DNA of 64,000 nt from a bacterium (GTDB taxonomy: Bacteria; UBA8248). Position numbers and translations under genes: made by a program. Of this stretch, positions 1 through 9,744 are shown one piece after another (position 1 is the stretch's first letter; every line of letters starts with the position of its first letter). The stretch covers positions 203,802 through 267,801 of the forward strand of contig JAJDYR010000022.1 of assembly GCA_022825065.1 (NCBI GenBank), read 5' to 3'. The notes under the pieces were generated by a model that was not told where the DNA came from, searched no databases, and saw only the letters and a list, made by a program, of their open reading frames with translations.

Positions 1-1105
1 GAAATCCCGTATCCGTTACTTCGTTGCCGCCGTCGCGGCTCTGGCCGTCTTCGCATCGGGCGCGCTCGTATCCGAAGCGATGATGAAGAACCAGAAAGAG
101 CTCGTGCGCGCGGCGAAAAAAGAGGGCGCCGTCACGCTCATCAACCCGCTGTTCAGCGACCGCACGGCCAAGCGTTTGGGTCCGGCCTTCGCCAAGCATT
201 ACGGCCTGGGCGACGGCTTCAAGTTCCGCAACCTGCGCAAGGGCACCGGCGCCACCGTCTCCCAGGTTCGCCAGGAGATGCGGGCCAAGAAGTTCACCGT
301 CGACGTCCACGTGGTGAGCGCGCCCGGCTTCTTCGCAGCGGCCCAGAAACGCGGCGCGTACCACAAACTCGACAGCGCCGAGTGGAACAAGCACTTCGCG
401 GCGGTCATCAAGAATGCCGGCCAGTACGCGAACTACCCCTACGTCGTGACGCCGCTGGCCTACACCTTCCAGCCCGTGTGGAACTCCGCCTGCCCCGGCA
501 TGAAGGATCTGAACGTGACGTCCTATGCCGACACCATCTCCAAGAAGGTGATGGGACAGACCATCGCCGGCGACATCACCAAGAGCTTCACCTACACCAA
601 CACCGTCATCTCGCTCATCGAGAACGGCATGGACATGAACAAGTACTGGGACGCCCTGAAGGCCACGAAGCCCGTCGTCATGTTCCGCACCGAGCCGAAG
701 ATGCAGGTTCTCATCAACTGCGAGCGCGGCCTCGACCCCTGGAACATTACGGGCCGCGTCTGGCAGAACGTCCTCAAGAAGCCCGACCTCGCCAAAGTCC
801 TCAGGACCGGCTACTACAAAGAAGGCCAGGTCATGCTGGGCAACCAGGCGGCCGTCCTGAACGGTGCGCCGAACCCCAACGCCGGCAAACTGCTGGTTGA
901 ATTCCTTCTCACCAAGGAAGGAACCGACGTATACGTGGAAGGCGAGGCCGTCTACAGCTTCCGCGCAGGCTACCAGCCGCCCGCGGCCGTGAAACCCTAC
1001 CTCCTCGACCTCAGCAAGCATAAGCTCCTGGGTCTCAAGGACTGGGTCGCCGCGCAGAAGAAGTTCAAGGCGACGCGCGCCGAATTCATCAAGCGCTTCA
1101 AGTAG
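1..1105 (+). CDS. ABC transporter substrate-binding protein, Fe3+/thiamine/polyamine class (5' end at window edge)
   Basis: Frame is open from position 2 and encodes a signal-peptide-like stretch (KSRIRYFVAAVAALAVFASGALVSEA) before the ORF-track Met at 80. Contains ELVRAAKKEG and APNPNAGKLLVEFLLTKEG motifs typical of this SBP class; permease and ATPases follow. Confidence 0.9.
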   Translation, partial: KSRIRYFVAAVAALAVFASGALVSEAMMKNQKELVRAAKKEGAVTLINPLFSDRTAKRLGPAFAKHYGLGDGFKFRNLRKGTGATVSQVRQEMRAKKFTVDVHVVSAPGFFAAAQKRGAYHKLDSAEWNKHFAAVIKNAGQYANYPYVVTPLAYTFQPVWNSACPGMKDLNVTSYADTISKKVMGQTIAGDITKSFTYTNTVISLIENGMDMNKYWDALKATKPVVMFRTEPKMQVLINCERGLDPWNITGRVWQNVLKKPDLAKVLRTGYYKEGQVMLGNQAAVLNGAPNPNAGKLLVEFLLTKEGTDVYVEGEAVYSFRAGYQPPAAVKPYLLDLSKHKLLGLKDWVAAQKKFKATRAEFIKRFK

Positions 1106-1126
1106 GACGCTTTATCGATTGCTACT

Positions 1127-1170
1127 CGGAACGGGTGGGAGTCCACAAGGGGCTCCCGCCCTTCCGGTTT
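1127..1170 (+). terminator. Stem-loop after SBP gene (terminator or mRNA stabiliser)
   Basis: ggaacgggtgggag ... ctcccgcccttcc imperfect inverted repeat followed by a short T run. Confidence 0.55.
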
Positions 1171-1421
1171 CAGTAATGAAGCGATGCAATTCGCGGCGCG
1201 CCATGCCGCGAGGGTTCAGCCGATGCTGCCGCTCAGGCGCAAGATAAGCGGATCCTTCGCGATGTAGCGCGCAGCGAACTTTTTCCAGAAGACAAACTCC
1301 CCTGCGAATCCGCGTGACGTTTCGCAGGGCGTGTTGCTTTTGGAAACGACCTTCTTTATATTCGTTTGTTCGTATTCCCGAAAAGACTTGCGTTCGCAGG
1401 AAAGGTTGCATCAATAACATT

Positions 1422-3170
1422 ATGGCTACGGATACCGCAGCACCTCAAATAGATGTAGCCCCACCCAGGGGCTGGCGCACGTGGTTCACGCAGGAGAACA
1501 TCATCACGACCATCGTCGGCCTCATCGTGGCGGTGGCCGTCATCGTCCCGCTGGTCGCGCTCGTCATCAACAGCTTCCTGGTGCTCGACGACCTGGGGTT
1601 CGACACCGAATGGGGGCTTCAGAACTACAGGGATATATTCCACGGCCACGTTATCCGAAAGGCTCTCGTCAACACCGCCATCATCAGCACGGGCTGCACC
1701 ATACTGGCCACGCTTCTGGGCGTATCGCTCGCGTGGATCAACGCGAGGACAAACTGCCCGTTCAGGGAGCAGCTCGAGCCCTTCAACCTCATCCCGTTCT
1801 TCCTGAGTCCTTTCGTGGGCGCGATCGCCTGGCACAACCTGGCCTCCCCCAAGGTCGGCCTCATCAACAACATGGCGAAAACCGCCTTTGGTATTGATTT
1901 TCCGCTTTTCAACGTCAACAACCTGTGGGGCGTCATCTGGGTGACGGGGATTTTCTTCGCCCCCCTCGTCTACCTGTTCGTGGTCGGCTCGCTCAGGCGC
2001 ATGGACCCATCGCTGGAAGACAGCGCGCGCACGACGGGAGCGGGCCTGTTCCGCACCACCATGACAATCACCCTGCCCCTGGTGACGCCCGCGATTCTCT
2101 CGGGCGCCATCATCGTGTTCGTGACGACGGCAGGCGAATTCGGCGTCCCCTTCAAGCTCTCCGCCCCCTTCGGGTGGGAGACGCTGACCACGCAGATATT
2201 CACGAAAGCGGTGGGTGACGACGCGAACCACTACCTCGGCGCCGCCATGAGCATGGTGGTGGGCGTGGTGACGGCGTTCTTCATCTGGATTCAGCACAGA
2301 ATCATCGCGCCGCGCTCCTACACGACGGTGACCGGCAAGGGCTTCCGGCCGAACCTCATCGACCTGGGCCGGTGGCGGTGGCTCGCATTCGCCTATAACT
2401 TGTCTTACGTGTGCGTCGCCGTGTTTCTTCCCATCATCTGTCTCTTCTTCGTGAGCCTCCATAAAATATGGTCGGGGAGAATCATCTGGTCGGAACTCAC
2501 GTTCTGGAACTACCAGAAGGTACTCTTCTTCTGGTGGCCCGAGAGCATCCAGGCGGCCACCAACGGCATCATCAACAGCTTCATCCTCGCGTTCGGCGGC
2601 GCTTCCATCGCCATGGTGGTGGCCATCATCGTGAGCTACATGATCCACCGCACGAAGGGCTTCGGCGCGCGCCTGCTCGATTTCCTGAGCGTCATTCCTA
2701 TCGGCTTCCCCGGCATCGTGCTGGCGATGGGCGTACTCGTCACCTACATCAGGACGCCCATCTACGCCACGCTCTGGATACTGCTGCTCGGCTACATTAC
2801 GCGCTTCTTCCCGTACGGGCAGCGGAACATCTCCTCCATCATGATGGCCGTATCCGAAGAACTCGACCAGAGCTCGCGCATGGCGGGGGCTTCGTGGCTC
2901 ACGACGCTGCGCAGAATCACCATCCCGCTGCTCAAGCCGGGCATCTTCGCCGGGTGGATTCTGCTGTTCGTCATTTTCTTGAGGGAACTCTCCATCTCCA
3001 TCATACTCTATTCCGCTGGCACGGAGACGCTCTCCGTCGGCGTGTATTATCTCTCGAACTTCGAAAACGAACCCATGACGTCGGCTCTTTCCATCGCGCA
3101 GACGGTCGCGTTGCTAATCTGCATCGTCATATTCAGGAAAGTCGCCGGCAAAGAGGCGCTGACGGCGTAG
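1422..3170 (+). CDS. ABC transporter permease, FbpB-like with two BPD_transp_1 domains
   Basis: About 12 hydrophobic helices and two EAA-like loops (LEDSARTTGAG, LDQSSRMAGAS). Start moved to the ATG at 1422. Confidence 0.93.
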   Translation: MATDTAAPQIDVAPPRGWRTWFTQENIITTIVGLIVAVAVIVPLVALVINSFLVLDDLGFDTEWGLQNYRDIFHGHVIRKALVNTAIISTGCTILATLLGVSLAWINARTNCPFREQLEPFNLIPFFLSPFVGAIAWHNLASPKVGLINNMAKTAFGIDFPLFNVNNLWGVIWVTGIFFAPLVYLFVVGSLRRMDPSLEDSARTTGAGLFRTTMTITLPLVTPAILSGAIIVFVTTAGEFGVPFKLSAPFGWETLTTQIFTKAVGDDANHYLGAAMSMVVGVVTAFFIWIQHRIIAPRSYTTVTGKGFRPNLIDLGRWRWLAFAYNLSYVCVAVFLPIICLFFVSLHKIWSGRIIWSELTFWNYQKVLFFWWPESIQAATNGIINSFILAFGGASIAMVVAIIVSYMIHRTKGFGARLLDFLSVIPIGFPGIVLAMGVLVTYIRTPIYATLWILLLGYITRFFPYGQRNISSIMMAVSEELDQSSRMAGASWLTTLRRITIPLLKPGIFAGWILLFVIFLRELSISIILYSAGTETLSVGVYYLSNFENEPMTSALSIAQTVALLICIVIFRKVAGKEALTA

Positions 3171-3174
3171 GACT

Positions 3175-4272
3175 ATGAGCGAAAACAACTATCTCCAGGT
3201 CGACCATCTCGTAAAATACTTCGGCGACGACCGCGCCGTGGACGGCATTTCCTTCGGCATTCCGGAGGGGAAATTCCTGACCCTGCTCGGCCCCTCGGGC
3301 TGCGGGAAGACCACGACGCTCATGTGCATCGCCGGCCTCCACAAACCGGATGCGGGCGAGATCCGCATCGGCTCGGACCCGGTCACCTCGATAGAAAAAC
3401 GCATCAACACCGCGCCGGAGAAGCGCAACATCGGCATGGTGTTCCAAAGCTACGCCATCTGGCCGCACATGGACGTGACCCAGAACGTGGCCTACCCGCT
3501 CGAGATACGCAACATGGCGCAATCCGAGATCGACGACCGCGTCGCCGAGGCGCTCAAGATCGTCGGCCTCACCGACATGGCGGACAAAAACGCCACGCAG
3601 CTCTCGGGCGGCCAGCAGCAAAGGGCGGCCCTTGCGCGCGCGATGGTCTTCCGGCCGCGCCTTCTGCTCTTCGATGAGCCGCTCAGCAACCTCGATCTCA
3701 AGCTCAGGGAGCAGATGCGCGTCGAACTCAAGCGCATCCAGCACGAAATCGGCATCACCTCGATCTACGTGACGCACGACCAGGCGGAAGCCCTCGTGAT
3801 GAGCGATGAGATTATCGTGATGAGCAAGGGACACATTGAACAAACCGGCGGCCCCCATAACATCTACGCGCGGCCCGTCAACAGGTTCGTGAGCAATTTC
3901 ATCGGCGTGGCGAACCTGACCGAGGGCCGAATCGTCGGTAACGGCGGAGGGGGCGCCGGGGCCATCGAGATATCCCAGGGCGGTGAGAGCGTGCAACTGC
4001 CCTGCCTGCTCGCCGACGGCCTCTCGGAGGGCGACGACGCCTATCTCTCCGTTCGCCCCGAGAACGTGGACGCATCGCGCAAGCCCATGGACGGCCCCCG
4101 GATCGAGGGCGAGGTGATTCAATCCGTCTTTCTGGGCAACTGCCTCGACTGCCGCGTGAAGTGGGGAGAATTCGAGTGGAAGGTGCTGGCGCATTCGAGA
4201 GAGCGCCTGCGCGTGGGCGAAAAGGTGTACGTGCGCCTCGACCCCGACCATACACTGGCCGTCAGACCCTAG
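3175..4272 (+). CDS. ABC transporter ATP-binding protein (PotA/FbpC-like)
   Basis: Walker A GPSGCGKT, signature LSGGQQQR, Walker B LLLFDEP, C-terminal TOBE-like region. Confidence 0.95.
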   Translation: MSENNYLQVDHLVKYFGDDRAVDGISFGIPEGKFLTLLGPSGCGKTTTLMCIAGLHKPDAGEIRIGSDPVTSIEKRINTAPEKRNIGMVFQSYAIWPHMDVTQNVAYPLEIRNMAQSEIDDRVAEALKIVGLTDMADKNATQLSGGQQQRAALARAMVFRPRLLLFDEPLSNLDLKLREQMRVELKRIQHEIGITSIYVTHDQAEALVMSDEIIVMSKGHIEQTGGPHNIYARPVNRFVSNFIGVANLTEGRIVGNGGGGAGAIEISQGGESVQLPCLLADGLSEGDDAYLSVRPENVDASRKPMDGPRIEGEVIQSVFLGNCLDCRVKWGEFEWKVLAHSRERLRVGEKVYVRLDPDHTLAVRP

Positions 4273-4284
4273 AGGATAGATAGC

Positions 4285-5382
4285 GTGTCATTCGTCGAAA
4301 TCTCGAAACTGGTGAAATCATTCGGGCCCGAAGTGGCCGTGGCGGGAGTCGACCTCTCCGTCGAACAGGGGGAGTTCGTCACCCTTCTGGGGCCTTCGGG
4401 CTGCGGAAAAACCACGACGCTCAGGTGCATCGCCGGCCTCGAGCATCCCGACAGCGGCGACATTCAAATCGAGGGAGATTACGTCACCTCCGTCACGAAC
4501 GAAATTTTCCTGACGCCCGAAGAAAGAAACCTGGGCATGGTGTTCCAGAGCTACGCCGTCTGGCCGCACATGACGGTCTTCGACAACGTGGCCTACGGCC
4601 TGAGGATCCGGCGCGAAACCAGGGCCGCCATCAAGGAAAAAACGACGAAGGCGCTCGACCTCGTGGGTCTGGGCCATCTCGCCGAGCGCTACGCCACCAA
4701 GCTCTCAGGCGGGCAGCGCCAGCGCGTCGCCCTCGCCCGCGCCATCGTCTACAACCCCAAGGTGGTGCTCTTCGACGAACCCCTGAGCAACCTCGACGCC
4801 AAGCTGCGCGAACACATGCGCATCGAACTCACGCGCCTGCAGCACGACGTGGGCATCACATCGATCTACGTCACGCACGACCAGACCGAGGCGCTCGTGA
4901 TGAGCGACAGGGTCGTGGTGATGGACAAGGGCGTCATCCAGCAAATCGGCGACCCCGAGAGCATCTACGCCGAACCGACGAACGCGTTCGTGGCGAATTT
5001 CATCGGCGTGGCGAATCTCATGGAGGGCAAGCTGCTCGGCCACGACGGGGAACTGACGGACCTCGAAATTCCCCTGGGCGACGGAAGCGCTCCCATCCGC
5101 CTCAAGGCCACCGGCGCGGAGGGAGCGCCCGTAGGCGCGAAGATCATCCTGAGCATCCGCCCCGAGGACATCCTGCTGCACCTCGAGAAACCGGCCGAGG
5201 CGATGAACCTCTTCGAAGGCGAGGTGATCGACACCGTCTATCTGGGCAACTTCCTCGACTGCCAGGTCCGGGTCGGCCCGCACGAGGTCGGCGTGCAGAT
5301 CGACCACTTCGAGGAACTCGACACCGGCCAGAAGGTGTATCTCTCCTTCACGCCCGACCACGGCTTGTGTCTGACTGAATAG
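4285..5382 (+). CDS. Second ABC transporter ATP-binding protein (PotA/FbpC-like)
   Basis: GPSGCGKT, LSGGQRQR, VVLFDEP; clear paralogue of the upstream ATPase. Confidence 0.95.
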   Translation: MSFVEISKLVKSFGPEVAVAGVDLSVEQGEFVTLLGPSGCGKTTTLRCIAGLEHPDSGDIQIEGDYVTSVTNEIFLTPEERNLGMVFQSYAVWPHMTVFDNVAYGLRIRRETRAAIKEKTTKALDLVGLGHLAERYATKLSGGQRQRVALARAIVYNPKVVLFDEPLSNLDAKLREHMRIELTRLQHDVGITSIYVTHDQTEALVMSDRVVVMDKGVIQQIGDPESIYAEPTNAFVANFIGVANLMEGKLLGHDGELTDLEIPLGDGSAPIRLKATGAEGAPVGAKIILSIRPEDILLHLEKPAEAMNLFEGEVIDTVYLGNFLDCQVRVGPHEVGVQIDHFEELDTGQKVYLSFTPDHGLCLTE

Positions 5383-5386
5383 CCCC

Positions 5387-6433
5387 ATGTCCCCCCGCGC
5401 TAAAGACGGCCCCAGACTTCTGGCGGGAGGAGACATCGCCATCAACCGCGCGGAGGCGAAAGGCGCTTTCGGCAGGCTGATTCCCCTCCTCCGGGAAGCG
5501 GACGTCTCCTTCGCCAATCTGGAACTGCCCCTTTCTCACGACGGAAAACCCGCACCCGAGAAAATCCTGCTGCGCGGCGCGCCGGAGATGGCCGGCGCCT
5601 TGACCGAGGCGGGCTTCGACGTCATGGCCTTCGCCAACAACCACGTGCTCGACTACGGAGAAGACGCCTTTGCGGAAACCATGTCGCTCATGGATTCGCT
5701 GGGCGTCGCCCTCGTGGGCGGCGGCATGAACCTCGCACAGGCGAGAAAGCCGGTCCTCATCGAGCGCGGAGGCCTCAAAGTCGGTTTTCTCGCGTATTGC
5801 TCCGTCATCCCGAGGGGTTTCGAGGCCGCGGCGTCCGGGCCCGGCGTGAACCCCATACGCGCCCACACGGCCTATCGCCCCTGGCGCGACCTCTCGGAAT
5901 ACCCGGGCACTCCGCCGCGAATTGACACCTGGGCGGAACCCGCCCACCTCGCGCGCATGAAGCGCGACGTCAGGAATTTGAAGAAAAAAGCGGATCTGGT
6001 CGTCGTGAACCACCACTGGGGCACGAGCATGACGCACGAGGTGATGGCTTTCGAGCGAGAAATCGCCCACGCCAGCGTCGATGCGGGCGCAGACCTTGTT
6101 TTAGGAGGCCACCCGCACGTTCTCCAGGCTGTCGAATTCCACAAGGGCGCGCCCATCGTCTACAGCATGGGGAACCTGATATTCGACTTTGACATCCCGT
6201 TTTTCACCGACGAAACGCACGACACCTTCCTGTTCGGCTGCGCGCTGACCAAAAAGGGGGTGAGAGACCCCTACCTCATGCCCGTGACGGCCGGCGTATT
6301 CTCGAAACCCAGGCTCCATTCCCCCAGGCGGGGCGAGGGCCGCCGAATCGTCGATGTGATGAACGCGCTGAACGAACCCTTCGGAACGAGCCTGGAAATC
6401 CAGGACGACCGGGTTTTGATATCGGCCCCTTAA
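5387..6433 (+). CDS. CapA (PGA_cap) family metallophosphoesterase
   Basis: Motifs GGD, ANLE, ANNHVLDYG, HWG, GGHPHVLQ, YSMGN. Confidence 0.92.
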   Translation: MSPRAKDGPRLLAGGDIAINRAEAKGAFGRLIPLLREADVSFANLELPLSHDGKPAPEKILLRGAPEMAGALTEAGFDVMAFANNHVLDYGEDAFAETMSLMDSLGVALVGGGMNLAQARKPVLIERGGLKVGFLAYCSVIPRGFEAAASGPGVNPIRAHTAYRPWRDLSEYPGTPPRIDTWAEPAHLARMKRDVRNLKKKADLVVVNHHWGTSMTHEVMAFEREIAHASVDAGADLVLGGHPHVLQAVEFHKGAPIVYSMGNLIFDFDIPFFTDETHDTFLFGCALTKKGVRDPYLMPVTAGVFSKPRLHSPRRGEGRRIVDVMNALNEPFGTSLEIQDDRVLISAP

Positions 6434-6497
6434 GACGCCATCTCTTCAAGACCGCGCACTGCCCTCACCTGGCGCAAACCGGCCTTTCGAGCTTCTC

Positions 6498-6860
6498 CTA
6501 ACTCAACACCCCGTCGGCGTCGCGAACCGGTCCCTTGATGATGATGGCCTGCATCTTCTCACCCACGGCCGCCGTCTTGTGCTCCATGCCTGCGGGGATG
6601 AACGCCACCGCCCCCGGATAAAGGTCGATTTTCTCGCCGTGCGTCTCCGTATAGCCCCGTCCGCTCAGCACCCAGATGACTTCCTCCTGTCCGGGGTGCG
6701 CGTGCGGCTCGTGCGGTGTGGCGGGGTCGTACTCGGTGAGTCCCACGCGCACGTGTTCGGAGCCGTTCGCGGCCGGGCTGACCAGGATTTTCGTCTGCCC
6801 CCAATCCACGGGCTTGAAAGCCGCTTTCTGAACGTCCACTACTGATTTCTCCGGCATCAC
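6498..6860 (-). CDS. Cupin domain protein
   Basis: PHAHPGQEEVIWVLSGRG and IPAGMEH cupin motifs. Confidence 0.88.
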   Translation of the reverse strand: MMPEKSVVDVQKAAFKPVDWGQTKILVSPAANGSEHVRVGLTEYDPATPHEPHAHPGQEEVIWVLSGRGYTETHGEKIDLYPGAVAFIPAGMEHKTAAVGEKMQAIIIKGPVRDADGVLS

Positions 6861-6901
6861 AATCTCCTATATTCTACTTGAATAATTCTGTGTAAGTAGT
6901 T

Positions 6902-7957
6902 CTATTTTAGTCTGTTTCTTACGGCGTCGCCGCATTCTTTCGTGGTCAATTTCCCCCCGATGTCTCCAGTGCGCTCCCCGTGCGCGATAGCCCCTTCCAC
7001 GGCGCGCCGTATGGATGCCCCACCCTCACCGCAGCCCAGGTGATCCAGCAACAGAGCGCCCGTCAAAATGGCCGCCATCGGGTTGGCGATCCCGCGTCCG
7101 TAGATGTCGGGCGCCGTGCCGTGCACCGGCTCGAACATCGAGACCCCCTCGAGATTCACGTTCGCGGAGGGTGCCAAGCCCAGCCCGCCGACGAGGCCGG
7201 AGGTGATGTCGCTCAGAATGTCGCCGAACATGTTGTTGGTGACGATGATGTCGAATTCTCCTGGATGCTGAATCACCTCCATCGCCACCGCGTCGATGTG
7301 CTTGGCCTCGGACTCGACGTCTTCGAAATCCGCCCGCACCTCATCGAACACGCGCCGCCATATGCCGCCTGCGTAGCGAAGCCCGCTCGCCTTGTCCGCC
7401 ATGGTGACTTTTCTACGCTTGTGGCGCCTCGCGAACTCGAACGACGCCCGGATGACGCGCTCCACCCCCTTGTAGGTATGCACCTCTTCCTGCAGGGCAA
7501 CCTCGTCTTTCGTGCCCTCCTTGAAAAACCCGCCCACGTTCACGAACAGGCCCTCGGTGTTCTCGCGCACGACGACGTGGTCGATGTCGCCCGCCCCTTT
7601 ATTCTTGAGGGGCGTCAAATCCTCATGGTAGAGCCTGCAGGGGCGGATGTTCGCGTATAAATCCAGCCCGAAGCGAACCCCCAGAATCACCTCCTCCTGT
7701 ACGATGGAGCCGGGAACCCTCGGATCGCCGATGGCCCCTTGAAAAACGGCGTCGAAACCCGCCCGAAGCGTATCGCAGCCGTCTTCTGGCATGCCCCTGC
7801 CCTGCTCCAGATACCGATCGCTCCCCCAGTCGAAGTATTCGAACTCGACCGGAAACGAGGCCGCTTCGGCCGCCGCCTTGAGCGTCTCCTCCGCCTCGGG
7901 CATCACCTCGTTCGCGATTCCGTCTCCGCGCACCACCGCTATGCGAGCCACTCTCAT
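6902..7957 (-). CDS. Isocitrate/isopropylmalate/tartrate dehydrogenase family (LeuB type-2-like)
   Basis: IAVVRGDGI, VVRENTEG, NMFGDILSD, EPVHGTAPDI. Start set at the ATG at 7957. Substrate uncertain. Confidence 0.9.
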   Translation of the reverse strand: MRVARIAVVRGDGIANEVMPEAEETLKAAAEAASFPVEFEYFDWGSDRYLEQGRGMPEDGCDTLRAGFDAVFQGAIGDPRVPGSIVQEEVILGVRFGLDLYANIRPCRLYHEDLTPLKNKGAGDIDHVVVRENTEGLFVNVGGFFKEGTKDEVALQEEVHTYKGVERVIRASFEFARRHKRRKVTMADKASGLRYAGGIWRRVFDEVRADFEDVESEAKHIDAVAMEVIQHPGEFDIIVTNNMFGDILSDITSGLVGGLGLAPSANVNLEGVSMFEPVHGTAPDIYGRGIANPMAAILTGALLLDHLGCGEGGASIRRAVEGAIAHGERTGDIGGKLTTKECGDAVRNRLK

Positions 7958-8125
7958 CTCTCCCCTGTTCCAGATAGCATTCCCGAAAAGAAGCGCATTT
8001 TGACAAAACGCGAGCGCAACCCGCAAGGCGAGCCGCAGCCCCGGCGCGACTTCCCGAAAAACGCATAGACGGGCTAATATGCGCAGTATTCACGGCATCA
8101 TCAAAATCAACATTTTTTCGAGGAG

Positions 8126-9229
8126 ATGTTCATGGTCGAGTCCGGTCCCCTGCCCGAAGGCACGGTGCGCTTTCCCGCCGAAGTCATCGAAGAGTTCGTC
8201 TACACCATATTCCGCAGCAAGGACGTGCCCGAGGACGACGCCCGCCTGGTGGCGAAAGTATTGGTCAGCGCCGATTTGAGAGGCATCCGCAGCCACGGGG
8301 CGGCGCGGCTGACCTTCTTCATGGTTCGCATCGAGAACGGCGTGCTCAACAACAGGCCCGACATGAAATTCTACAAGGGAAGCGACACCACCGGCCTTCT
8401 CGACGCGGACGACGCCATCGGCATCGTCGCCTCGAACCGCGCGATGGACGAGGCCCTCGCCATGGCGGAAAAACACGGCTCCGGCTTCGTGACCGTCCGC
8501 AACAGCAGCCACTTCGGCTACGCGGGCTATTGGGCCCAAAAGGCGATGGAGGCGGGCTTCATCGGCATCAGCATGACGAACGGCGGACGCCGCACCGCTC
8601 CCACCTTCGGGGGGGAGGCGCTTTTCGGCACAAACCCGATGAGCGTGGCGATACCCGGCGGACCGGGAGGAACCGATTTTCATCTCGACATGGCCACCGC
8701 CGTGACGGCCGTGGGCAAAATCGAGACGGCCCTGCGCGAAGGCCGTGAAGTCCCCAAGGGATGGGTGCTCTCCTCACTGGGAACGCCTACATTGAACGAG
8801 AAGAGCATCCTGAACTACGAGGTGCCGCTCGCGCCCCTGGGCGGCGAGGGAGACGAGACCGGCGGCCACAAGGGCTACGGCCTCCAGCTCATGATCGAGC
8901 TTCTGTGCGGCGTGCTGTCAGGCGCGGGTCTGGAAAGCCGCCTGGCGGGCGCGGCAGGCACGGCGAAATCCGCCACGGGCCACTTCATGGGCGCGATCAA
9001 GATGTCGGGATTCAGGGACTTGTCCGCCATGTTCGGGGACATGACGAAACTCTTCGAGACCATCCGGGGGGCGAAAAAAGCACCGGGCCACGACCGCATC
9101 TACATTCACGGCGAGCCCGAGGCGATCGCCGAGGAGGAGAACAGGCGCATCGGCGTACCCATCACCCCCGCCGTCCTGGAGCAGATGCAAAGGCTGAACG
9201 AGGAACTCGAACTCGGTTTCGAGCTTTAA
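8126..9229 (+). CDS. Ldh_2 family oxidoreductase (malate/L-lactate/sulfolactate/ureidoglycolate dehydrogenase type)
   Basis: DLRGIRSHG, NSSHFG, GTNP, DMAT, GGHKGYGL. Confidence 0.93.
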   Translation: MFMVESGPLPEGTVRFPAEVIEEFVYTIFRSKDVPEDDARLVAKVLVSADLRGIRSHGAARLTFFMVRIENGVLNNRPDMKFYKGSDTTGLLDADDAIGIVASNRAMDEALAMAEKHGSGFVTVRNSSHFGYAGYWAQKAMEAGFIGISMTNGGRRTAPTFGGEALFGTNPMSVAIPGGPGGTDFHLDMATAVTAVGKIETALREGREVPKGWVLSSLGTPTLNEKSILNYEVPLAPLGGEGDETGGHKGYGLQLMIELLCGVLSGAGLESRLAGAAGTAKSATGHFMGAIKMSGFRDLSAMFGDMTKLFETIRGAKKAPGHDRIYIHGEPEAIAEEENRRIGVPITPAVLEQMQRLNEELELGFEL

Positions 9230-9260
9230 GCGTTCGGCGAGGTTCAACCGTAGGGGCCGC

Positions 9261-9694
9261 ATACGGGATTGTCGAAAACCCCTTCGTCCCGAGCGGCGCC
9301 CCCGTTCGCTTCACCCTGAGTAGTCCTGAGCTTCTCGAAGGACGTATCGAAGGGGGGTGTTGATAAAGCCGCCTTTCCAGGGGGTAGAGGGGACACCCCT
9401 CTCCGCTTGAAATCCAACCCCCCCTACCCCCCCTTGTCAGGGGGGCAAAAAAAGACCGCCCCCATGTCAGGAGAGTACAAACATGAAGAAAGCCTCCTTG
9501 TCAGGGGGCAAGAAAAAGCAAAGCCTCCTCAGCCAGGCGGGGGCGCATCGCCTTTTTATACCCCCCTGACAAGGGGGGGTAGGGGGGGTTGCCTTTATCC
9601 CCGATGAGGGGTTGGGGCGCTTACGCGAGATGAGGTATCAGGGGTTCCGCGAAGAAGCCCGCTGCCGCAACCGGGTTCTTCAACAACCCCGTAT
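9261..9694. mobile_element. Non-autonomous MITE/REP-like composite element
   Basis: Imperfect terminal inverted repeats atacgggattgtcgaaaaccc (9261-9281) and gggttcttcaacaaccccgtat (9673-9694) enclose several internal palindromes; lies between convergent genes. Confidence 0.55.
9415..9591. repeat. Perfect 31-bp inverted repeat with degenerate internal copies
   Basis: caaccccccctacccccccttgtcagggggg (9415-9445) is the exact reverse complement of 9561-9591; internal variants cccatgtcagg and ccttgtcaggggg. Confidence 0.9.
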
Positions 9695-9744
9695 ACAACC
9701 CGTGCGAAGACTCAACGCAGATTAGAAGCGACCGTGAAGCTCGT

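Noticed and set aside
5387-6433. CapA as evidence for a poly-gamma-glutamate capsule linked to the ATP-grasp operon
   Set aside because: It is 46 kb away, has no export signal and no capB/capC; the link is unsupported.
9415-9560. Short repeats (ttgtcagggg) separated by roughly 20-bp spacers, superficially CRISPR-like
   Set aside because: Only three degenerate units of irregular length, enclosed by an inverted repeat, with no cas genes.
9407-9607. 66-aa ORF MKSNPPYPPLSGG...TPLTRGGRGG
   Set aside because: It is a translation of the G/C-tract inverted repeat; there is no sign of a real protein.
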